NCBI RefSeq assembly: GCF_036321535.1
Contig: NC_087436.1
Coordinates: 122,514,001 to 122,578,000 of the forward strand
DNA length: 64,000 nt
Direction of reading: 5' to 3'
Source: Camelus dromedarius
Lineage: Eukaryota
The position numbers and the translations under genes were made by a program. Of this stretch, positions 11,900-23,095 are shown piece after piece (the stretch's first letter is position 1; the number at the start of each line of letters is the position of its first letter). The notes below the pieces were generated by a model. It was not told where the DNA came from, did no database searches, and worked only from the letters and a program-made list of their open reading frames with translations.

Positions 11900-13309
11900 G
11901 GGGCCTCCCCCAGGCCTGGCCTATGGGGACCTGGGCAGGCTGGGGTGGGCTTCCTGGCCAGGCCCTGAGCAGAAGGCCTGGCAGGACCAGAGGTAACAAC
12001 CGGGTGGGCAGACCCTCGGGAGCTTGGGGCCTAACAGCCCAAGGGCAGACGTGGCCCCACTCTCTTCCCTCCCAGTGATGGACACCACGGCCTCCCCGGA
12101 ACCCCAGTCTCAGCACATGGTGCCCCAGCGCTGACCCCAAACCCCACCTGAGCCCAAAGCCCAGCCACAGCCCCCACTGGTCCCAAATCCCCAACTCTGA
12201 GGTGCCCACCCACAAAAGGGAGGGCAGGACCCCCAACCCCCAAGCCCCACCCTGACCCGCCTGACACCCCACTCCTCTTGACTCACGTGAACTTGGCACC
12301 AACAGCCTCCTTGCTGCCCGTGGGGTCCTGCCCACCCCTGCCCCCAGCCTCTGCTGTCCAAGGGCCGAGGGCCCATCCACATAGGAGCCAGCTCTGCTAG
12401 TCTGACTAACGGTGAAGCTCTGGGACTCGGCCCCACACTGGGGGCCGCCCACGTCCTGATTTTGGCCTCAGGACTTGGAGGTGGAATCGGCCCAGGTGGG
12501 GGCTGCCAGTGACCTGTTATCCCTCCTCCCTCAGCCTTGCGGGGTCTTGCTCTGCCCTCTGGGGGCCACTCGAGGCCGAACCACAGCTGCCCGGCCGGCC
12601 CCTGCCCTTGGGCACCTGTCACCTGGAGGCCTGGGGGAAGGGTTGGTCTGCAGGGACAGCTACCTTGTGGGAGGAATGTGAAGCAGAGGCTGAGTCTCTG
12701 CTTATGCCGGGACCCTGGGCCAGGTCTTCCGGAGCCTCCTCTGGGGCGGGTCTTGGGCCACTCGCGTAGTCAGATGTGTGGGGCCACCCTCTGGGGACCT
12801 GCCCTCTCTGTCTGTGTGCTGAGGACCATTTACTGACCCTCCCGAGGGGCCGAGGGGCCTGGGGGCGCCCGGCCTGCAGCACCCTGGGCGGTGGATGCCT
12901 CCATCCCCTTTCACGGGCGAGGAGATGAGGCCTGGCTGGGCGAGCAGGCATCCAGGCGGAGACCTGAGTGGAGGGTGGTCGTCACCCTACCTGCCCCCTC
13001 CCCCCTATCCTGCAAGGCACAGGGCTTTTCTGCTCCTCAGCGACCCGGGGGGGGACCTGGCAGGAGTGACCGATGTCCTTGTGGACAGCGAAGCTGGACA
13101 GTCGGGCAGGCTGCCCCGCAGCTGGCTGGGAGCTCCTGAGGCAGGAATGCCGGGCCTCGCACCCCTTCCCAGGTAGGGGCCCTCGGATGTCCTGGGGGTC
13201 CCTGGGAGGGGATGCCCTGTCTCCCGGGCCCGGGTGGCGCCCAGCCGGGCACCCAGCTGCTCACCGCCCGGCAGAGTCGGAGCCCGTCAGTGCTGCCCCC
13301 TCGACTTTT

Positions 13310-13600
13310 CTCTCCTCCCCAATTAATTAATTTAAATTGACCATTAAGTCAGCTGAGTTTTTGATTGATATTTTCATTAGCAGCCCTGTCCGACGCCCCA
13401 GGAATGTATGGTAATGTCCAATCTGCGGGCGGCCCGCTCCTCCCGCCGTGCTGAGTTATGGCTGGCACCGCGCGCGTCTCCCAGGGTAATTTGAATTCAG
13501 ATGAGCTGCCGCAGTGTTCCGGAGCCTGGCGGCCGGCCGCTGACGGATGGCACTCGGGTTATCACAAGGTCACTGGCGCAGCCGCCACCCGCCGCGGGAG
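13310..13600. promoter_or_regulatory. Candidate conserved non-coding enhancer
   Basis: Non-repetitive AT-rich core (aattaattaatttaaattg), TGATTGAT at 13362-13369, CpG-rich flank, caaggtca nuclear-receptor half-site. Confidence 0.6.
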
Positions 13601-13984
13601 GGGCCAGCTGGGCCTGGGCGCTGGGGAAGGTGGGCGGCCAAGTGGACTCCTGAGAACTGACGGACAGGAGGGCACATCCCCAGGGAAGTGGGGCCGGACC
13701 TCCAGCCGCTGTCCCTGGAGGGACAGAGAAGCCCACCCTTGCTGGCACCCACAGCAGCCCCTCGGTGGGGCGGCCGGCTGGGGGCCTTGTCCCTGGCCAG
13801 CGCTAATCAGCACATCCCGGAGAGCTTGGCCGGTGCCCCTGAGCCAGTGAGGGAGGCGGGGATCCGCCTGCAGCTGCATGTCCCCATCCCGGTCACACCA
13901 GTTCCAAGATGGACTTGCCTTACCTGTGCTTCTCAGGGCAGGGCAGTGGCCATGCAGAAGGCTGTCTAGCTGCAGGGCATGGAG

Positions 13985-14045
13985 CCTGGCTCGTGCCCTA
14001 TGTCTCAGTTTCCCCATCGGTACAGTGGGTGACGTGGTGCCCCCT
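13985..14045 (+). mobile_element. MIR core fragment
   Basis: 'tatgtctcagtttccccatcggtacagtggg' resembles the MIR core cctcagtttcctcatctgtaaaatggg. Confidence 0.55.
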
Positions 14046-14879
14046 CTTTGGTTTGGGGGAAGAGCAGAGAAGCTGGTGCAGGCAAAGCGTGAGTCCCTCC
14101 GGGCACCCTGGGCCCCCGTGTGGGCCTCTCCACCTGCTCCTGCTTACCAGGCCCCTCCTGCCGGGTGCTGCCCTGCGGGGCGAGGTGGGAGCTCCCGTCC
14201 GGCCCCTCCCTGGGCCCTCAGCCCTGGGCAGGGGCGCTGGGAGGCTTTTCTGCTCAGAAATGTGCTATGGGCTGTGGAGGAGACCCCGAGGACTGGTGTC
14301 CAGGCTGGGCCAGCATGGGGCGGAGTGTCTGTGATCTGCAGGGCCGCCCTGTGGGCCCACTGGGTCAGGGAGTAGGGCCTGGGCCAGGGGCGAGGGGCCC
14401 GGTGGAAAGAGGTGGTGGGGCTAACAGGGAACCCCCGTTGAAGGGCCACTCCAGCCAGATCTGCCCTGGCCCAGGCACCCAGGCCCTAGCTTTGACCGTC
14501 ATGTGGGGTGGACCGTGCAACCCAAGGCTGGTCTGGTGTCCTGAGCCCACTGGGTTGGCCAGACCTTGCCCCTGGGTGCCATGACTGAGACCGTGGGAAA
14601 CCAGATGTCTGCTCCAATCCGTGAGCCCTGCTGGTCCCAGAAGAGCCTCCTGGGTTCTTGGAGCAGCAGAGGTGGGGCCTGGGGATAACCAAGGAGAGGG
14701 TATGGAGTCTGTCCACGTCTGGGAGGGAGCGGCTGGTCCTGGTCCTGGTCCTGGTCCTTGGCTGGGACTCTGTGGGGCTCATCCTGGCCCCTGTACCTGC
14801 TCTTTGCTGGGTGAGGGGCAGACTTGCCCCACAGGGCTCCCTTCCCCAAGTTGCTGGGCCCTCGCTTGTCCTGGCTAAG

Positions 14880-15255
14880 CCGGACACCCTCCCTGGACCC
14901 TTTTCCCCGATATTCCTTACAGCTGGTTGTGGCCATGTGACAAAGTTCTGGCTGACGAGATGTGAGTAAAAGTGCTGGACAGAGCTTTGGGAAGGCTCCT
15001 TAAAACTAGCTGACTCACCTGGGAAAAGCACCCTTGTTCTTTGCATTTCTTTTTTCCCGCTTCCTGAACAGATGTGTGATGGCTGGGGCTCTGGCAGCCA
15101 TGTGAACCATGAGATGATCTTGAAGTGGGAAGCCATGTGCAAGGAGGTGGAGCAGAAGGACAGAGGTACCTGGGTCTCTGAATGACTGTGGAGCCCAGAC
15201 TCAGCCCCGGTTTCTTGGTGGTGGTGGTGTGTATGCAGCCAGCACAATCCCTGAC
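14880..15255 (+). mobile_element. Old ERVL/MaLR-class LTR (MLT1J- or LTR16-like)
   Basis: 'cagctggttgtggccatgtgacaaagttctggctgacgagatgtgag' and 'ggagcagaaggacagaggtacctgggtctctgaatgactgtggagcc'; subfamily uncertain. Confidence 0.7.
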
Positions 15256-16519
15256 CGAGGCCGGGACTAAGGAGAACCCACCGTATGTGGAAGCAGCTCC
15301 CAGAGAGGCCTCCCTTGTTCTGGGACAGACAGAGTGAGAGGATGGCTCAGGGAGGACCCTGTGGGACGTTTATCCAACAGCAGTAGACAAGTAGGCTCGG
15401 CAATGATCTATTATGGGAAAATAAAGTGACCCTTTATGAGGCATTGATTTGGTTTTTGGTATAATGTAAGGGACATGGAGACGAGAGACAAGAGACGGTG
15501 CTGGGGTGATGGGGAGGAGAGTATGAAAGGATGTGGCGCTGAGCTGGAAGCCGGCTGGAGGGAGAGGGATGTGGGGCTGCTGGGCCTGCCCCAGGGTCCT
15601 CTTGGGCCTCTCCGCCCAGCTCGCCTGCCGGGGCTCATCCTGCCGAAGGGCGCTCTGCTCTTCAGTGTTCCCTGCTGCCTCCCGCAGGGCCCTGAGCTGG
15701 GCAACCCCTACTCCTCTGCATCTTGGCGGTGGGTCCCCCCTCGGTAAACCCTTCTTCCTGATCCTAACGCAGGCCTGCTGCTGTGGGGCCCCAGTTGGTA
15801 CAAACACACAAAATGTAGGAGCAGAATTTGAATCTGTGAGAAAGAACTTCACTCAGATTTGGGATGGGGGTGGGGTGGCCACCCCGTGTGGCCCCAGAGG
15901 TTAGGGCCAGAGGTGCTGAGAAGGGTCTGGACTGCAGCAGATGGGCAGGGTGGGTGGCCCAGAGAGCTGCGGGGAAAACAGCAGAGCCAGCAGCATGGGG
16001 GCAGGAGGAGCACGCGCCTCAGAGGAAGCAGCCCCCTTCTCCCCCCGCCAGAGGTCACACGAGGGCCAGGAACCCTGTGCAGAGGCCCAGCCAGCCTCGC
16101 ATGGCTGGCCCTCTACCTGCACCGCCCCGCCCTGGGTCCTGCCCTCACCGCATCCCTCACCCCACACCCTCTAACAGTCACGGGGCCTCGGCACCCCAGG
16201 GTCCAGCTGCCCGGACAGTGGTCCCGGCCCTACTGCATGGGGTTCCCCTGTCTCCCCCTTGTTCCGTTTCCTCACCTGGGGGTGCTGCCTCTGGAGCCCG
16301 CTGGATGGTGCCCTGGGCAGGTCCCTCCCTGCTGCTCACCCACGGTGGGCGGGTTGTGGGTGGGGGAACCATCTACACCAGGGAGCTGGGAGTTCAGAGG
16401 GTGAAGAGCGGTGGCAGTGGGTGGGGGCCCGTGAGGCCTTGCCAGGCCCCCTCGTGTCTCTGACCTTGTGGAAGGATGGGTCAGGGCAGCATGATGGCGG
16501 TCCGCCTCTTCCCCATATG

Positions 16520-17270
16520 ATGATCTGCTGGTCCCAGCCCTGTTTTTGGAAAACGTTTCCTTCCTCCATTAACGAGAGTTGATGTCTTGTCAAAAATAAG
16601 GGGGGAGGGTATAGCTTAAGTGGTAGAGAGCATACTTAGCATGCAGGAGGTCCTGGGTTCAATCCCCAGAACCTCCCCTAAAAAAATAAATAAACCTAAT
16701 TACCTCCCCCACTGCCAGAGTAAAATAATTAAATAATACAATAATAAATAAAATATTAAAAAAAATAAACAGACCACGTGTCTACATGTCTACTTCTGGA
16801 CTCACTGTCCTGTCCTGCTGTCTGTCTATCCACTAGTGCTCCTGCAGCTTTACAGTAAGTCCTGAGATCCCTATGTGAGCCTTCCAGTTTCCCTTCCTTT
16901 CAAAAATTGTAGGCCACGTTCAAGCAAGTTTTACAAAAAAGGCTGCTGGTGTTTTGACTGGCTTGTGTTGACTCGTGCACCAGTCTGGGAGCACGTCCGT
17001 CCCAGCGGGGCTGAGTCTCCAACCCAGAGATGCGGTCTGTGTCTCCGCTGCGCCTCTAATTTCCCTGTTACTGGTGTGGCAGTCACACACATTTTGTTAA
17101 GTTTATGCCCATGTATTTTGTATTTTATTTTTAGCGCTAATTTAAATAGATTTTAAAGTTTCACTTTTAATTGTTTACTAGCAGCTTACAGAAAAAAAAT
17201 CGGGTTTTGTGCATTTCCTTGTGTCACGCCAGGTCCGTTTGTTGGTTCTAGGAGTGGTTTTCTGGGTTCC
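16520..17270 (-). mobile_element. Ancient LINE-1 ORF2 relic split by a SINE
   Basis: 'tcttgtcaaaaataa|acagacc...tctacttctggactc...gcagctttacagtaagtcctgagatc' reads as continuous antisense L1 once the SINE is removed. Confidence 0.7.
16600..16760 (+). mobile_element. tRNA-derived SINE, camelid Vic-1-like (best-preserved copy)
   Basis: ggggagggtatagcttaagtggtagag...ttagcatgcaggaggtcctgggttcaatccccag with intact B box GGTTCAATCCC; A-rich tail; candidate TSD aaaaataa at 16592-16599 and 16761-16768. Confidence 0.9.
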
Positions 17271-17274
17271 TTGC

Positions 17275-17640
17275 TGTATTAATTATCTATTGCTGTATAA
17301 CAAATGCTCTCAAACTTGCTTGGTTAAAACAGCAGCTATTTACCATCCCGTACTTCTGAGGGCCGGTAGTCTGTGTGTGGCTTACCTGGGGGCCTCCGGC
17401 TCGAGGGCTCACAAGGTTGTAGTCCGGCTGTGGGCTGTGGTCTCAGCTGATGGCTCCACCGGGCTGGGTGGGGATCCACTTCCAACCCCCTCCCCTGGGC
17501 CCCCCCTGGTGCCTGGCAGCAGCCCCCCAAGGTGAGGGGCCAGTTCAGGGGGGAGGAGGGCAGAGATGGTCCCAGGATGGAGGCCAGGCTTTTATGGCAA
17601 ATCCTGGAAGTGATGTCATCCTCGTCTGCAGGTCCAGCCG
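17275..17640 (-). mobile_element. MLT1 (F/G/H-like) LTR
   Basis: Begins 'tgtattaattatctattgctgtataacaaat...caaactt...ggttaaaacagcag', the antisense MLT1 terminus. Confidence 0.7.
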
Positions 17641-18789
17641 GCCCTGAAGGTGCGTGCCTCTGGGGCAGGCTTAGAGGACCCTAGTCGGGGAGGGTTTTCT
17701 GCTTAAAGAATTTCATCAGGGAATAAGCTATAAGATTTGGAAACAGCATTCTGTGGTCCTCCTAGGCAGAGCTGTTTTCGGTAACAAAGATACTGAACTA
17801 CATCCTCAAACACGGAGGCTCTGAGGCCACCCCTCCCACTACGTCCTTCCTTTAGAATCACTGAGAGGTGTCCTCCTGAGGGATGAATCAAAATAAGAAT
17901 AACCAAGAAACGGAGAGATGGTTTTTTTCTGGGTTCAGCTACTCTTTGATTTTAGCAGCAGTGACGGCACCCGAGGACAGAGCTCTTACGCGCTTGCCCC
18001 TGGGTCCCTGGGCTTCTGTTTTCAGGGCTTCCGGGTGGAATGACCTGCTGGCCAGCAGTCTCCTCTCCATTGTAATTCTGCTTCAAAAGTGCGCAGGACG
18101 TCCCTGCCCTGCCCTTGGTGATGTCCACTCACGGCGGGGCCCCCAGGGGCCATGGCCAGTGCAGGAGGATGTCGGTGGGGCTGGGCAGTGAGGTCTGGGT
18201 GAGGCTCGGCGTGTGGCATGGGGATTGGAGACACGTCCTCACCCCAGCGGCGCGGCCGGGGGTGGAAGGTGGGCCTCTGCTCTCGGTCGTGCTGGCCTGG
18301 CCTCAGCCTCGGTCCCCTGGCCTCAAGTTCGTGTTTTTAATGCAAATACATTTAAAAGCACAGGGTGCCTGTTTACTTTAAAAATCATGAATGAGAGAAA
18401 AACAAAGAGAACTAACTCCTAAGCCAGGGATATGAGCAGAGAGAGCAGGAAGCAAGTGTGAAAGCATACTGCAAACACACGCTACAACAATAAAGGTAAG
18501 TGAGCTACACGCCCTGTGAAAATGGCTGTGACTGTGAATGAAGTCAGCGCTGCGTGCAGTTGCAGGAGGGAGCCCGAGCTGGGAGCCCCCCTCGGCCCCC
18601 ACGGCTGCCCCCACGCCTGTGTGTGGCCCTGGCCCTGGTCCTCCCGGTGGGCTGGGCTGCCACCTGCTTCCTGCTGGGATCCTGACCTTCACACCGTGGA
18701 GAGGTCACAGAGGAAGGAGGGTGAAACCACGCCAGGTAAATACTGAGCCAGGAAGGGTGGTCGGGTGCAAATAATGCTGTCAAGCTGGA

Positions 18790-19080
18790 CTCATTATCTT
18801 TTTCTGTGTAAAGGATCTCCCCCAATCTGAGCAGCTTGAAAAACCAACATCCACTACTTCACGGCTTCTGTGAGTCTGGGGTCTGGGAGCAGCCTAGGTT
18901 CTGGCTCAGGCCTCTCACGAGGTCGGGCTGTGGGCAGGGGCCGTGCCATCTGAAGGCTCGAGTTGGTGGGGGGCTCCCTTCCACGTGGGCCCCTGCAGGG
19001 GCAGGAGGCCGTCCCTGTCTTTTGCTCTCTGAGGAGTCGGTCACCACATCCAGCCCACACTCCAGGGAGGGGAGGTGGGA
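18790..19080 (-). mobile_element. MLT1 (E/F-like) LTR fragment
   Basis: 'cttctgtgagtctggggtctgggagcagcctaggttctggctcaggcctctcacgagg...ccatctgaaggctcga'. Confidence 0.7.
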
Positions 19081-20564
19081 GCCGCGTCCTGAGCAGGAGT
19101 GTCTGTGGCCTTTACAAATGTCCACCGATCAAGTAAGATTAGATGTAGAAAGCGTGAAAACGGAGAAAAAGTAAATTTACATTGACAAGCAGTGAACCGC
19201 ACAGTAAAGAGATCAGAGGGGAAACTTTCATGTGGCAAATGTGTAGCAATATGAAGTGTTTTAGAGGAAAACCTTCCAACAGCAAAGCAAAGGCAACGGG
19301 GACACAGTTGTAAGGAAAGTCTTTGAACAGACCAGGGTATAGAAGTCCCCTCGTGTGCATAGGGTTTGAGTAAAGCTATCCAGAGGTAACTTGACATGCG
19401 CTTGTGTGTGTGCACCAGACTTCCTCCTCTACATTCAGAAGACCCTTATGCTAAGCAATTAGGGAAACTTCTTAAAAACAGGTGTCTAATGGCCCATGAG
19501 GCAAATCTCAGTCAAGTCCTCCCACAGGGGTGACTCCGTCCGCAGCCTCTGGCTGCGGTGGAACAGTGCTGAGAGTCACGCGCAGCAGCTGAAACGGCTG
19601 AGCATCCTGGCACCATCTGAAAATGTGATCTCTTCCTTTCTCCCTTAAATATCCATTGATTCAAAGAGGAAACAGAAGCCCAGTCATTAGGGCAACTTAG
19701 AAAATGGTGATATTGAGATGATTACACATCAGAACTCAGGTGCTTGGGTGTTATATCTGGGTATTAAATTAAACACAAGAGGAAAGTAATGAACACCTTT
19801 GAACCACTCCCTCCACCTTCCCTCCTGGCGCTCAGCCAGCTCGCACGTTCTGGAGGCCCCTGCTCGGTCTGGAAGCCCCTTTGTCAAGGATAGCCAGGCT
19901 CACCTTCCCTTTAGTAACAGAAGGCCTTGAGTTGCAGTTTGTGGCCCAGGCTCTGAGGTTCTCCCTGGCTTCCTGGGGGCTGGGTGGGAAGCCTCCAGGC
20001 CCTGGGCCCCAAGGAGGGTGGACGGCAGGCCCAGGAGCCTGGGCCCGATGGCTGGCACCCCAGCAGTCTGAGCCTTGAGTCTCGGTCAGCTGGTCTCCGT
20101 TAAAACAACAGATGAACATCCCTGAAACATCGGCCCCCAGCCCTCTCCCCTGCTCCTCCCAGCCTGCCGCCTGCCACCTGTGTCTTTTTGTGTGGGTGGC
20201 TCTGTGGACAGGGCAAGGCGCTGCTTCTGGATGGAGGGCTGGTCTTCAGTATTCCTCGGTCCTGCCTTTGCAAAGATGCACTGTCCCCACGGTCCACCCT
20301 CACGACACCTTCGAGGTCACCTGTGGCTGTGTGCTGAGCATTAGAAACCGAGGCCTGGCCTTCCTGCGTCCACTCACCTGTGACCGTGTCCTCCTCCCGC
20401 CGGTTCGGTGCTGAGTTTCCACTCCTGTGCTCTCGGCTAGTGATTTTGCTGCTTACATCGGCCCCAGCCTCGTGCTCGTTCCACCCAGCGTTCTGCGCAA
20501 GAGATTGGGCCGTGCCTGGCAGAGGAGCTCCGGCATCGGGTGAGCTCCGTTCAGCACCAGGGAC

Positions 20565-20818
20565 AGCGCCGCTGGCCGGGGGGTCAGTGCTGGTGAGTCA
20601 ACAGTGTGCGTCCAGCAGGCGGCCCTGAACGGAAGATGCACGCAGCGGGGTTCCATGTTGACCCATCGGTGACCACGCTGTGACCAGAGGCTGGCGGGAA
20701 GCCACCCCGGATTCCCCGGAGCGGCTGATCAGCACTCGAGGACTCAGGGACTCTGCGCTCTCGGTGACACTGGATCAAGCAAAACAGCCTCAGGTAGTGA
20801 GTGGTGAGAACGGCCGCT
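20565..20818 (-). mobile_element. MER82-like (Tigger) DNA transposon fragment, strongly GC-shifted
   Basis: Collinear with recalled MER82 sequence; anchors 'gagtcaaca', 'tgtgaccagaggct', 'ttccccggagc' and 'tgagaac'. The flanks (about 20100-20560 and 21000-21300) look like antisense L1 relic. Confidence 0.6.
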
Positions 20819-22189
20819 CCGGCTCATGTGTGGCCTTGGGCGGTGGTTCCCTGCTTCCCACAGAACCTTGGCGGTTGAGATCCACTGTGAACCTGGGGCT
20901 CCCGCTCGTGCTCTGGGGGCATCTTCTGCTCCCCCAGCCCCTGGCGGCAGGTGCCTGGCTGGCCTAGCTCCACAGAGGACGAGCCTATCTGTGGCCCCCA
21001 GGAGCCTCGCCGTGTGGGCCCTGGGAGTCTGCATGCGCCCCGTTTCCCTGGGCTCCGGGACCTGCTGTGTAGACTGCCTGCCACCGGCCGGGCTCTGCCA
21101 ACACTGGCTCTGAGCTGACCTTCTGAAGCCCTTACTCCGTGGGGCACCAGGTGTGTCTGATTTTGCATTTATCTGACTCCTATCAGGGCCGACCTCTTCA
21201 TGAACACACTAGCCTGTTGGCTCTCCCCTCTGTGATTTGCCTGACCATTTATTCTGTTGGGTTCTCCAACTTTTTCACATCAGTTCCCCAAACTTGCTGA
21301 TGTGACCTCAACCCCTAGATCTTTGCATGCTGCCTGAGCTAGGAAGGTAGTGGGAGGCCCTGAGTCTGCAGATGACTGGCTGGGAGGCCTGGGAGAGGGC
21401 GACCAGCCCAAGGTGGCAGGCAGGCAGGATGCAGCACCCCCAGGACTCAGGGGCCGGTGGGCGTGGGCTCAGGAGAGAATGGGTGGCAGCCGGGGGCAGC
21501 AGTGCAGCCTGGGGGGCTGACGGGAGGAACTTCGAGTGCCGCCCCTCCTGGGGGAGGTTCCAGGCTCTGGATGAGAGTCTGGAGCTCTGGCTCCACCCTT
21601 CCTCCCTTCCAGCCTCAGCTTCCTCATCTGACGTTTCTAGACACTCACATCACCGGGTCCCCTTCCTTAGGGGACTCTGCTTCTGGCAGGCCTCAGAGCC
21701 CCCTCCAGCCCAAGTGGTCAGCTGAGGGCCAGGAGCCCTTGAGGCTTGCCCATGGGCCTGGATGGAGGCGAGCAGCACAGACAGGCCTGAGAGAGTTTCT
21801 CGAAAGGGTGGTCCATGCAAGACATGCCTGCTGGACAGGAACCTAAACCGGGGAGGGGAGATTGCTCATACCTTGGGCTCAGTGCCACGGTTGCCTCCCC
21901 CAGGAAGCCTTCCTGGATGCCCTGCTGGCATCGTCAATGACTCAGAGTTTCCTAGTGCCTGGCCCGGTTCCTCCTGGAGAACTTGTAGGTGTGCAGGAAG
22001 GTGGGAGCTACAGGGAGCTGGGAGGCACCTGTGTGTAGATGCCAGACATGGAACCATGATGGGGAGGCTTCTCTCTGCTCCCAGAACTGGGCCAGGTGGG
22101 TTGGCGCCCACAGCGCTGAGAAGGCACCACGACGTGGGGAGAGAGCCCCACGTGGCCTCAGCCCTCAGGTCCTGGGGAGAGCCTCGAGG

Positions 22190-22505
22190 GGAGTGCGTGT
22201 GAGTGTGTGCTTTCCTGTGTTGTCGGATTTGTGCTGCTGTGCACAGTTTGTGTCCGGTGTGTGTGCTGCAGGAGAGCATGTGTGCTTGTGGCTGCTGTGC
22301 GCTCATGTGTGTTCATGGGTGTCCAGGTGGGAGTGTGTGAAGTGCCGGTGCCATGTGCAAGTGCTAGTGTGTGCACGTTTGTTCACACATGCCCGCCTGC
22401 ACACATACGAGTCACTCAAGCACGCTCAGCCTCATGAGCACATGTATGCTGTGTATATTTTCACGTGTGCACATTGGCATGACTCTGTGCTCCGTGCAAG
22501 AGTGT
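22190..22505. repeat. Degenerate (TG/CA)-rich low-complexity tract
   Basis: gtgcgtgtgagtgtgtg...gtgtgtgtgctgc...tgtgtgcacg...cacacatacg... Confidence 0.75.
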
Positions 22506-22674
22506 CAGAGGGGCTGAGCTCGCTCGGAGAGGGGCCCTGGCTGCGGGCGTTGGCCGGCGCATGGGCTGGGCTTCCCTGGCCCCTGGTGGGCTTCTCTGGA
22601 GGGGTCTTGAGGTGGGAGCCCACGCATGGAGACCTTTACCTTCCCTGGCAATGCCATCCAAGGCCCCACGCGAC

Positions 22675-23095
22675 CTGGTGTAAATACAGCAATTCCCACT
22701 TCAGATAAATACAAGATGCATCAAAAGATTTAAGGCACCTGTTGTGTATTTAAAAGAATTATATCTTGTTTATGGTTCAGTATAAAACGCATAGCTGATT
22801 TATATAGCGGCTGGTCCATCGCAGAGGAAATCTCATTTCAATCATAAATGGCAGGATTTGATTTAAGAATTCATTCTTTAATGGGTCTGCAATGTTCAAA
22901 TTTAAACCCATTCAATTCATCAGCCAAATATTCAATATGGGGCACAGGGAACTCATTTAGGCAAACAGAGACTTTTAATATAAATTTTCCGGGAGATTTC
23001 TCCATCGATTCCGCAGTTTAGTGCAAAATGATTTGTGCGATACATTCTCGGGGATCAATGCGCCCGGTCAATGGCTCCTATAAAACGGCCTCCCC
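22675..23095. promoter_or_regulatory. Candidate conserved non-coding enhancer (HOX/PBX-rich)
   Basis: About 420 bp of non-TE AT-rich sequence with abrupt borders; TTTATGG at 22769, TGATTTAT at 22796, ATCATAAA, TATAAAA at 23079. Confidence 0.65.

Noticed and set aside
16600..16680. tRNA-Ala gene (also at 3024 and 26816)
   Set aside because: The acceptor stem is imperfect, each copy has a shared non-tRNA tail, and one has a TSD; these are SINEs.
19120..19800. AT-rich stretch as another enhancer island
   Set aside because: It has the A-rich strand bias and faint ORF2-like remnants of a decayed L1, and lacks clustered motifs.
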